Source: Christensenellaceae bacterium
GTDB lineage: Bacteria; Bacillota; Clostridia; Christensenellales; UBA1242
Length of the DNA: 64,000 bases
Assembly: GCA_031262595.1 (NCBI GenBank)
Contig: JAISHI010000014.1
Location: 11,276-75,275 of the forward strand
Direction: 5' to 3'
Below, in pieces: positions 24,917 to 36,100 of this stretch (the stretch's first letter is position 1; each line of letters begins with the position of its first letter). The notes below the pieces were generated by a model, which saw nothing but the letters and a program-made list of their open reading frames with translations, had not been told where the DNA came from and searched no databases. The position numbers and the translations under genes were made by a program.

Positions 24917-27139
24917 TTACCCGAAAAACGTTTCGATTTTATTTTTCGCGACGATGAGGAGGTCGGCGAGCATACTATAACGCTTGCTTGTATAGGTATT
25001 TGCAACCATTTTTTGGACGTTCTCGCGGCTGCCGACGAGCATAACGAGTTTTTTCGCGCGGGTTACTGCGGTATAGAGTAAGTTCCGCGTTAAAATCATG
25101 TATGCCCCGGTCGTTATCGGGATAACGACCGCGTCGAACTCGCAGCCTTGGCTTTTATGAACCGTTATCGCGTAAGAGAGCGTTATGTTTTGGAGCCCGC
25201 CGCTTTCATAAACCGCGACGCGCCCGTCCTCAAACTCGATTTCGACCTCGCCATTATGGCGGTTTATCTCGGTTATTCGCCCGATGTCGCCGTTAAAAAC
25301 GCCTGAGCCCTCCTCGCCGTCGCGCGTCCAATCCTGATTATAGTCGTTATGGATTTGCATAACGCGGTCGCCCTCGCGGAAAGTCGTTTCGCCAACTTTC
25401 CGTTCTTTTTTGCCGTTTTCGCTAGGGTTAAGCGCGGCTTGCAACTCGATATTGAGGTTATTAACTCCCGCGAGTCCAGTTTTCATAGGCGAGAGGACTT
25501 GGATTTGCGAAGTTTCGGTTTTTAGGAATTTCGGCAAGCGATTTAAAACAAGCGAAACGATTTTTTCCTTAATTTCACTCGGGTTCTCGGCCGTTTCAAA
25601 AAAAAAGTCATCGCTAATATTTGAAATATCCGGCATCTCGCCCTTATTTATTAAATGCGCGTTGACGACGATTTTGCTTTTTTCGCTTTGGCGATAAATC
25701 TCGGTTAGGCGCACTACCGGGCAAACGCCGCTCGAAATTATGTCGCAAAGAACATTCCCCGCGCCGACGCTTGGTAATTGGTCGACATCGCCGACAAAAA
25801 CAACGCTGGTTCCTTGCATAATCCGCGCTAAAAGTTGCGCGACTAAAACGACATCGCACATCGACGTTTCATCGACGATAATAACGTCCTCGCGCAAAAA
25901 TTTCTCGGCGGCGTCTCCGCTCCGCCCGTTAAAGTCGCGCCCGAAAGCGTCTATGCCGAGCGCGCGGTGGATTGTGCTGGCCCGCTCGCCCGTCGCGTCC
26001 TCCATTCGTTTGGCGGCGCGGCCAGTCGGGGCTAATAACCGAACGGTTTTCTTCTCGGCCTTGATTATATGGAGTATTGCTTTAATGATTGTCGTTTTGC
26101 CCGTTCCCGGCCCGCCAGTTATAACGGAAAAACCGTTTTTTATCGCGGAGGAAACGGCGTCTTTTTGTTTTTCATGCAATTTTATTTTCGAAATCTCTTG
26201 GTATTCCGCGATTAAGTCGTCGTAATTGTCGCCCTCGCGCTCGGGGTCGGCTTGGTTTAAAATCGCAATCTTATCCGCAATCCGTTTCTCGGCATTAAAA
26301 TAATAAGAAAGCGCAACGCCCTCATCGCCGCTGGCTCTGCTCACCCAAACGAGATATTTATCGAGGCAAAGCTCATTTATAACGCCGCGAAAAACCGGCA
26401 TGAGCTCCTCGGTTTTTATTTTCAAAAGAATAAGCGTTTTTTTAAAGAGTTTTTCGAGGGGTAAATAAGTATGCCCGTCGCCGTCGCAAGCAACTTTTAG
26501 CGCATAAATTATGCCTGCGCGAACGCGAAAGTTCCCAGAATAGGCTATCCCGAGTTGCATCGCGATTTTATCGGCGGTTAGAAAGCCGATGCCGTCGATT
26601 GTTTCGATAAGGTTGTAAGGGTTGACTTGGATTTGTTTTATCGTTTCGCCCTTATAAAAATTAAAAATTTTTATCGACATATTAAGCGAGATTTCAAATT
26701 TTTGTAAAAAAAGAATAACCTCTTCCATTATTTGAATCTCGTTATATCGCTCGCCGATAGCCCGCGCCTTTTCGCGAGTTATCCCCTTAACTCGCGCTAG
26801 TTTTTCGGGGTCGTTTTTAATTATTTCGAGCGTTTCGAGCCCAAGCGTTTTAACTATGCGCTCTGCGGTTTTCGCCCGAACACCAGCGATAAGCCCACTC
26901 CCTAAAAAGGCTTTAGTTTGCGCTAAGGTTGAAGGCAAGACGATACTCGCCGAGGAAACAACGAATTGCTCGCCATACTTCGCGTTCTTAACCCAATCGC
27001 CCGTCATTTTAAGGATTTGCCCCTCGCCAAGGACTGCGAAATATCCGGTTGCTGTTCCCGACTTTTTAAGCCGAACAACCGAATATCCGTTCTCTTCGTT
27101 GCGAAAAGTAATCGTTTTAATCTCGTCGATAAGTTCCAT
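24917..27139 (-). CDS. recD2: SF1 helicase RecD2 (RecD-like, YrrC type)
   Basis: 740 aa. Walker A GGPGTGKTT, the VGDVDQLPSVG motif, and the C-terminal SH3-like/2B region typical of RecD2. Confidence 0.9.
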   Translation of the reverse strand: MELIDEIKTITFRNEENGYSVVRLKKSGTATGYFAVLGEGQILKMTGDWVKNAKYGEQFVVSSASIVLPSTLAQTKAFLGSGLIAGVRAKTAERIVKTLGLETLEIIKNDPEKLARVKGITREKARAIGERYNEIQIMEEVILFLQKFEISLNMSIKIFNFYKGETIKQIQVNPYNLIETIDGIGFLTADKIAMQLGIAYSGNFRVRAGIIYALKVACDGDGHTYLPLEKLFKKTLILLKIKTEELMPVFRGVINELCLDKYLVWVSRASGDEGVALSYYFNAEKRIADKIAILNQADPEREGDNYDDLIAEYQEISKIKLHEKQKDAVSSAIKNGFSVITGGPGTGKTTIIKAILHIIKAEKKTVRLLAPTGRAAKRMEDATGERASTIHRALGIDAFGRDFNGRSGDAAEKFLREDVIIVDETSMCDVVLVAQLLARIMQGTSVVFVGDVDQLPSVGAGNVLCDIISSGVCPVVRLTEIYRQSEKSKIVVNAHLINKGEMPDISNISDDFFFETAENPSEIKEKIVSLVLNRLPKFLKTETSQIQVLSPMKTGLAGVNNLNIELQAALNPSENGKKERKVGETTFREGDRVMQIHNDYNQDWTRDGEEGSGVFNGDIGRITEINRHNGEVEIEFEDGRVAVYESGGLQNITLSYAITVHKSQGCEFDAVVIPITTGAYMILTRNLLYTAVTRAKKLVMLVGSRENVQKMVANTYTSKRYSMLADLLIVAKNKIETFFG

Positions 27140-27147
27140 TACGAAAG

Positions 27148-27176
27148 ATTATATCATGCCGCGCTATAATAGCCAA
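27148..27176 (-). promoter_or_regulatory. putative recD2 promoter TTGGCT-17-TGaTATAAT, 8 nt from the ATG
   Basis: -35 at 27171-27176 and -10 at 27148-27153. The extended TG overlaps the TGA stop of the giant ORF. There is no SD. Confidence 0.4.
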
Positions 27177-30100
27177 TAAACTTTTGTTGATATTCGGATT
27201 TAACAGGTGTTGTGTCCACTAAAAATGGCGATTCAGAATATGTAAATGCCTCGTTAAGCCCTTCACTACTTGAGAAATTCCCCGAGTAGGTATTATCGCC
27301 GAACGCAGTAGACACTCCGTTCCAATCCTTTACCGCGCCGACAAAAGTTTTTCCGATAGAATAGCCGATAATTCCGCCCCTATAAAGCCCCGAGCTTACC
27401 GTTGGTTTGCTGTCGTTATTCCCACTTTGCCCGAAAGCGTTATTCGAAACGTCGCCGCCGTTGTTAAAACTTACGACCCCGCCGACAATAAGCGCGTCCG
27501 TCGTGCCGATTGCGCCGTTAATTACGATATTACCATCGACAACGCCATAGTTATACCCAACAATTCCGCCGAGGATAATGCCGTGTGGATCGCCTTCTAT
27601 GGTTTTAATAAGATTTCCGTTATTAAGGGTTATTATTACATCGCCGTCTTGGGTCGAGGAGTTAACCTCGCCGAAGTTTATGCCGACAATTCCGCCAGTA
27701 AAGAACGGCGTTATTGCGCCTGCCGTAAAGGTTAGCGCACCAGAATTTATTTTCGATATGACGATTTTTTCGCCGAGAACGCCCGCGAATCCGCCAGCAA
27801 CTTCCGCCGAGATGTTATTCCCCGCCTTTAGCGTTATGTTTTTGATATTATTTAATTCATCTATCTCGCTATTATTGAGAACTTCGCGGCTTACGAAAAC
27901 CGTTCCGAAAACGCCGCCCGAGATATTCCAAGTATTTTTAACGGTTAAGGCGTTGCGCTCGTCGGTATTCTCGTCCGCGTATTCGTTAATTAAATCTAGG
28001 TTTAAATAACTAGCCGCATCGGTAAACTTAAAGCCTACCGCGCGGTCGACAGTCGATTGCATCTTAACGCTTATGTTTTCGATTCGCTCATCGCCGGTTA
28101 AAGTCACCTCACCAACAAGCCCTCCAACGATATGCGCACCGCGAAGGTTCCCCGCCTCGATATTAACATCAACGATACTCGAACCTATACTCATTCCCGC
28201 TAAAACGCCCGCGTAAGTCGATTGGATATACATCGCGCTGCCAGTCGTTATTGTTTTAATCGTAAGGTTTTTAACGACAGCGTTATCAAGTTTGCTGAAA
28301 AGCCCGAAACTATATAACCCGAGTTCCGCGTCGCTCTCCGCGTTTTCCAAGCTTCCGCCGTCAACCGAATAATAGTTATTATAGTTGAAGATTCCGCCTT
28401 GCGGAACAGACGGCGAAAGGCTAAACTCACTAATCGTAAACCCGTTTCCGTCAAGCGTCGAGTCTTTTAACGTCGTTTTATAGGTTTGAAGCGTATTTAG
28501 CCCGACGAACCCGCCCGTCGCGGACGCCGCCGGCGTTAGTTCGTTTAACTTAATGTTCCTAACGAGCCGCATATGCCCAGTAAAGACCGCGTTATCGTAA
28601 GACGGAACGGAAGCGGCTCCGCCATCTCTGCGGTTTTTATCGTCTTCTTGCGCGCCCGAGCCGATATAGATAAGCCTGTTGAATTGCTCGCCGCTTGTTA
28701 TTAAGATTGGGTTGATTTTCGAGCCTAGGCTATACCCAACAACATAATTAAGAATTGGCAAGCCTTGTTGCGTAAATGTTCCGCTCTCCTCGCGCATCGA
28801 AACCGTTATATAGTTCGCGGAAATGAGCCTTGGGCCGAACTCCGTCATGCGCCAAACGCCATAATCGTCGTCGTTGCTTATACTATAACTTTCGAACTTC
28901 GTTATGTCGATAGTGTCGTCCTCCAAAAGCCGAGCGGCGCCAATCGTTGATATGGTTGTTGGGGTTATGGAGTTGTTCGTTCCAGCCTCGCTCGGCATAT
29001 TATTGTCCAAGCCATAAAAGTCCCCATACCCTTCCGCGACCGTCGCCTCAAACGCAACGTTCGCGATACAATTATTAACCGCACTCCCTTTATATAAGAA
29101 GCCGCTCGCCCTGTTCGCGCCCTCGACGACGATTTTTATCTCCGCTAAACAATCGTTAATCGTTCCGCGATTTTCGTACGCGAACCCTGACGTATAACCG
29201 GTTCTCGTTCGGATGCTTCCGTATAAGAGTTTTAAGGTTTCGGAGTTTCTTTGGGACGATTCGCCTTGGATATACGAAGCCGAGATAACCGCGCCCGCGT
29301 TATTCCGCCCAACAAAACCCGCCGTATAATGAACAATACTCGATTGCCCGCCGGTAAAGTTAAAGGAGGTTTCCGCATCGTTGTTTATATTTCCGTCGCG
29401 GAAGAAACTCGTCGTTATATAGCCGTTATTTATTGCGACGAAACCCGCCAAGATGACTTCATTTAGCGTTTTTGTCGTAGCGCCTGTCGCATAATTCGAA
29501 ACAGAAATATCAATTAAAACTCGGCTGTTTGAAATCGCGCCTGTTGTTCCGTTTTGCCCGACAAGCCCACCCGCGTTGAGGCTTATCCCCGCATTCGAAA
29601 CCCGAAGGTCGATTTTCGCGCCCGCACTCGACGCCGCGCCGTTAAAGATATAGGCGGATTGGTCGTAATTGGCTGTAATTTGTCCGTTCGGGAATTGTCG
29701 CTCCGAAAGAACCGCGCAGTTCGTTATAATACCGTTATTAACGCCCGCAATCGCGCCGAAGTTAACAGTCGCGCTCTTATTTCCAAAGTTATATAGGTCA
29801 ACGACAAGCAAGCCTTGTTTCGTTGCATCTTGTTGGTTCGGGATAACGACTTGGACGTTCTTAACGACGCTATTCTCACCAACGCTCGAAAATAAACCGA
29901 TATTATATTCGCCTCTGGCGTTCATTTGCGCGATATTAAATGATTGGATATATATTTTATAGTTATTTCCGTCGATGCTCGCATCATTAAACGCAAATGG
30001 AACATAATTCGTCAAAGTTATGTTGCTCATGAGGATATAATGCTTATTGTCCGCGATATTCATGTCGCTTAAATATCCTGCGAAGTTATCGCTCGTAAGG

Positions 30101-33100
30101 ATTATTGGGTTGTCCTCGTCGCTTGTTGTTCTGGTTATTATATTGAAATTTATCGATGAGCGCGCTCCGCCCTCGGCAACTATATAAGGAACGTTCGAGT
30201 TCTCATACGAAAGCCCAAGTTCCGCGCGAAGCGTATTCCCGCTCGAACTTGCCATAACCGAGATTATATATTTGCGCCCATTAGAAACGCCCATTCGATA
30301 ACTTAAATTATATTCGCTGCTAACCCCGTAAAGCCTACTGTCCGTATCGCTATAATCGAAGCTGCCGTTATTTAAAAGGAACTGCTCGCCGGTATACGCC
30401 CCGAACCAACGCACAAGTTCGCCGCTGTTGAGGCTATTCGTAAATTTTTGCATCACTGCGTTTAAGGTTTTCTCGAACGCTTTATAGTCTGCCGTATTCG
30501 AAGCTCCGATAATTCCATTCTTAGCCGAGATGAAGTTAGGTTCAAGCCAAACTTGTTGTTTATTATTGTTCATTAAGTAAATCGTATTGCTAGAAATATC
30601 AGTTAATGAATAGCCCGAAACGGTAAAGAGAACAGGTTTAATTACTAGATATTTATGTTGCGTTGCTTGCGCGAAATCGTCGTTTAAAGTATAGGCGAAA
30701 GTTATCCTAATTTCTTTATTAAGTAAGCTTTCGTCAATCGAATTTATCTTTAAAATATAACCCTGCCTATCCGCCGTTGATTGAGCCTCTAATAAAATCA
30801 AATCTTCTATCGTTTCCGACACGCCATCAACAGAAACTGTTGGGTTGCCCGCCATTTGCGCGTTGGTTAGGCTAACGTAAAGTTCGGTTTCAGTTCCTAG
30901 CGCTTGATAGCCAATTTGCCCGTCGCTCATCCATTTTCCGCAGTAGTTTACCGAGAGCCCCGGCTTTTCAGCGAGGTAAATTTTATGCGTAGCGTCTAGC
31001 GTATATTTCTCTTCACCGTCGAAACAATTTAACTTTATCGAAAGATTAAATGTTGAGTTTTGTTGCGGACGCATCGTTGGAACGAAGTTTTGGGTATGAT
31101 GGAACGGGCTTGGGAGCAGTTCCATTGCGAAATAGAAGCAACCGTTCCAACCGAAAGTTTGCCCATTAACCGTCGAAACTTGCTTAGCCGTAAAAGTTGG
31201 GCCGCGCGTTTCCGAAGCTACTCCACCTAAACCGCTGTTATTGCTTTCGCCGAGAGAGAGCGGAATATATTGTTTCGCGACTTCGTCATAAATCATTTGA
31301 GTAAAGTAAATTGTCCAATATTCATAGATAGGTTTATTTTTTATATCGTTGCCACGGCTATCTTTTTCGTAGCCGACAAATTGCTCGTAAACGTCCGCCG
31401 AAACCGAAACGCCATCGATAGGCGACGCATAAGGAACCGCCGTTATCCGCATAAGCCCTTTAAGCCCTTCGCCATTATAAAGGATGCTTGGGTTTTGCGT
31501 TTCCGCGCCGCTTTGAAGCCTTAAAGAATTATCCTCGAACGTTTCAACATCTGCGAAAACACCGGCATCGACGGTATCAACCCGACTTGTAAAGAGGCTG
31601 AAAGGTGTTTGCGCGCGAAGAGGATTGTTTGTCGATGGCGCGTTATTTAGCGCGTTCGGGCGAATTTCCGTCGCGGTTATGTTGCCCGCGAATTGCGAAA
31701 CTGCCGTCGCTAGCCCACCGTTATTTATAATTTCCCTATAACTAAGTGAATTATAAAAATCAGGGTTAATTAAAACGTTAATCGAGATTTTAAACCAATG
31801 TTTTTCATAAATAAAGTCGCCGCCGGGAACATCCTCGCTCTTTTCAAGCGTTAACGCGAAAGCAAGCGCATAGCCGTTCGTAATTTTTACATAAGAAACG
31901 TTATCGTCATGATAAACGTCGTTTGGTCGCGCACTCCTAATAAAGTTTTCCGCGCTATCCCAATTAGTAGTATTTGAGTTTACGAACAAATTCTTTATCG
32001 TATTTAGTTGCGACGAATTTAAATCGAATTTTAATATATCCGTTAATTTTAGGTTCTCATAAGTTCGGGTTGTTATATCACTTATAACGCTGCCTGTTAT
32101 GATTGCCGCCGCGGAAGAATCAAAAACGGATTCCGATTGGTCGAGGGTTAACTCGGTAGCTCCTGATTGAATTCGCGCGATAACTTCGGTTTTAAGCCCT
32201 ATTAAATAATGATCAATAAATTCGTCCCAAACACCATTGCCGTTCGCATCATAATAGGGAATATACGTAAATTTATAATCGCCGACCGGCAACGAAGAAG
32301 CGATTGCGTTCAACGCCCTATTATCATACTCGTCGCCGCTGTTATAAAGGGTTCCGCCTATGTCGTCAATTGTCGCGCGAATACTCCAACCCTCCGACGA
32401 CAAAGTTGCGTTAACGCTAAATTCTTGCCCGCGCCGAACGCTAAATGGGGTTTTGCCGCCAAAGTTATACGGGTCGTTCGCCATAAGCGATTTATACCCA
32501 ACGCGCCCGATGCCAGCCGCAAAAATATCGATATATTCAATAGAAGGGATAACCGCGACTTTTAAAGTTTTGATTATGGTGCCGCCCGCGCTCGAATTGC
32601 GGAATTCTATCTCGAAATTACCCGTCCCGTTAACTTCAAAATACCAACTAACCTCGCCGCGCGACGAATCGGACTTAATTCTTGCTAAGGCGCGCGAACT
32701 TAAATCCGCAAGAATCCAATTAGGTTGAATTTCATAGGAATGATACGCGGAAAGGTTCGCGTCTATATCTTCCTTAAAAATATCATCGAAATAATAACGG
32801 TTTGCGCGAACTGCCGAACCTTGTTGCTCTCCGCCGGAATAGAAAACCGCGATATCCGAAGCACCTAACTTCATAATATGGTTAAAGCCGTTCGCGTTAT
32901 TATAAGTTTTGTTAAGCGTAGGAAAACTATCTTTTAAGGTAAGCGCGGAACGCACCGGCGCATCCGAGCCCGGGTCCTCTTCTCCCATAAGCCCCGGCGC
33001 AGAGCCTTTCGGCGACCATTGCGTATATATATAGATAGGAATTTGCATCTCAACGAAATGCAACTCGCCAAACTCGTCGTCCTCAAATACGTTATCCTCG

Positions 33101-36100
33101 GCATATATTGTTAGAATAATATTCGCGCCGTTCGCTTGCCCAACGCTACCATAACCGCCATTACCCGACCAATACAATACGTTTTTCGACCCCTCCATTA
33201 CATAAAGGGTTTTAGACTTAGAAGAATTATACGTACTACCCTCATGCGGCGCTTCGGAAACGACGGCTGTTATACTTTTATTAAGCGCAGCGCTTGGATA
33301 GATATTATAATCGAGTTCGAGCGTAAATGGAGTAGTTTCATAACCGTAATCAACGCTTATTTCAATACAATCATTAGCCATCGAAACTTCTGGGCCAAGA
33401 AGCCTGCCGCCGTCATAAGCGGACGTTATCTTTTTTATGCCGAGCCCCTCGATTTGAACCGCGTCCTTAACGTCAACGTCTACATAAACGTCATAAAAGT
33501 TCGTAAAATTATAAACGAAATCTTCGTCGCCGTAGATATTTTCGAAGGTTTGGGTTATGTTGAATTGGAGTTTTTGTTTTGTTTCCGAGCGTAAAAGCCC
33601 CGTCAACTTATAAGAAGTTATATTAGTAAGCGCCGTTCCGCTCGCTGCTGGCGCGTAGTTATTGGCTCCTATTTTTTGTTCTAACTCAAAATTTTGCGAC
33701 GGATAAATCGGCGTTATACTTAAATAACTATCCTCCGCAATCCCGCCACTCGCGAATTTTAATCCTAATGTTAACTCTTTCGACGCGTTCGATTTCCCCA
33801 TAGTGCCAAGGCTCGCTAGCGTATAAAGCTCTATATTATTCAACGAAGGTGAAACATTCGTTAAGATATCTAAAACAACTAGATTTATTTTTAAACCCTC
33901 ATGCGAAAGATTTCCAAAAACCGCATCATTAACCGCCGAAACACTATAAGTTATTGTGCCCGTTGCCGTCGCGGTTATGATTGCACCTTCAACCCTAGTT
34001 TCAACGCCGCTTTTTGTTATGATTATGTTCTCGACCCAAATACCCGCGCCATTAGAAGGCGTTTTTTGGACAACAATCTCATAATTCCCGCCCTTTTTAA
34101 CAAAAACAGTTAGTTCGGGCTTTCCGCCAATAATATCCGTTTCGGTTTTTAAAACTTCTCCGCCAGCGCGCGCGACAACTTGCGGCGTTATAGAATCTAA
34201 CTCTTCCCAAACCCTAACGCGCATATGACGCGAGATACGGTTAAAATAAACGAGGGTAAAGCCGTAATCGACGCCTTGGGTTAACTTTTGGTTAACTTTT
34301 ATATCGTAAGCGAGGGTTTGAGTTGTATCGCCGCTTATATAATCCGCCGTAAACTTATCCTCGCTGTTCGCGTCCCAAACAATTTTAACGCCTTTCTCAT
34401 AAAGTTTTCTATCGCGCTTTTCCTCGTCGGTCGAGTTTATAAAGTCAATATCGTCGCTATCAACACTTATCCCCATCGAAACAGCGCGGGTTGGGTCGTT
34501 TAATAAATCTATAACGTTTCCGGTTGGCGTTATAGTCAACGCATCGTCGCTAACGAACCGATAAGCCTCAAGCGGAATTTTAAATTTACAAACCGAAGTA
34601 TTAGAAGAACCGCTCGGAACGTTTTTTATAACTAAAGTTAGGTATTTATTAAGTATGTCGCCCGAATCTTGACTATTAAGGCTTATCGCGAAGGTATTAT
34701 TATAAAAGAAACCGCCGCCGAGTTTTGTGTTCTTCGATGGGTTAATCATAGTCCAAACGCCGTTTTCTAGTATCTCGATTTTTAAACTTCTCGAAATGTC
34801 CATCAATGTAGAACCATCATAAAGCTCGAATAAAATATTCGCGTTATGCGGGCGCGCCTGAGTGTTTTGGAGTATATAGCCGTCCTTAGTTTCTAGAGAG
34901 AAGATTGTTCGCGGAAGCGGGTCGCTTGAATCTTGCGGAACATAAAAAACGTTAAGCCCCTGCGCGTCGTCATCATCGTCGGAATAATAACCGATATTAT
35001 TTTGTTCTTTAATAACCGCCATGTTCGCCGCCTCATCTAACTCATTCGCCCTTAAAACCCCGTCCTTAAACATATTTAAGACAACAACTTCCATAACATG
35101 GGTCTTTGTTAGATATGAATAAAACCCGTCCGCGCTATTTAGCGTTATAGTTCCGTTCTCGGTCTCTATTTTCGGCGTAAATCTAAATTCAACAAAACAA
35201 GCCCCTATATCGTTAGAGATAATGCTAACTTTTTTTTCTTTAAGGTCCTCAACTCTAACTTTCGAGCTATTAACATTTATATTCCCGAGAGTATCGCGGC
35301 TGTCGCTCGCGCTAACGGAATAAGCTAGCCTATTCCCGACAAAACCTGTTAGGTCTATATTTTCATGGTCTCTTAAATCGCCCCCGTCCGTTTCGGCATT
35401 CTTAACAAGCGTAATTTGGTTGGGGATACTCGGGTTGCCGTATGGTTCGATAACATAGACTTTAAAATTAACGAACTTTGTTGGGTCGCTACTAAGGCGC
35501 GCACGAAGATTAACGACACTCGGTGCGCTAGCCCCAACAATAAATTTATTGCCCTCTATCTGGCAGCCACTGTCCCCGGTTAAAATCTCGAAATCGAGTT
35601 TTTTATCCGTCGGGGTATAACTTTCCGTTTTAAAATTATCAACAGAATAAAAATTAAAGTATGCGCTATCTAATAAAAGTTCGCCGTGCCCGTTGCTAAC
35701 CTCTTCGCCGCTGCCGAGTTTTTGAACCGCGAAATATCTCTCGTCTTTTTGCTCGAAATCTTTCGCAATTATATTAACCGAAACCTCGATAGTTTGAGCT
35801 AAACCGCCTGCATTCGAAACAACAGTTATGTCCGTTTTTCCGCCCTTAATCCCTGCGGTTATGCGCATGTTTTGGTTGTCTATCATATTAACAGTCGCGA
35901 CGTTCTTATCCGAAACGCTTGCCGTCCAGCCAGTATCAACATTTTTCGGCATTTTATCGATTGTTATCCGGACGTCTTGATAGTCTATTCCGTCATGAAC
36001 GAGTATTCCATTTTCGTTTTTAAGTTTTAAATCTATCTCAACTTGCGTTCGCGAAACGCTCATACTCGCTTTAGAATAAGGGTTGGGAGTGTTCGAAGAA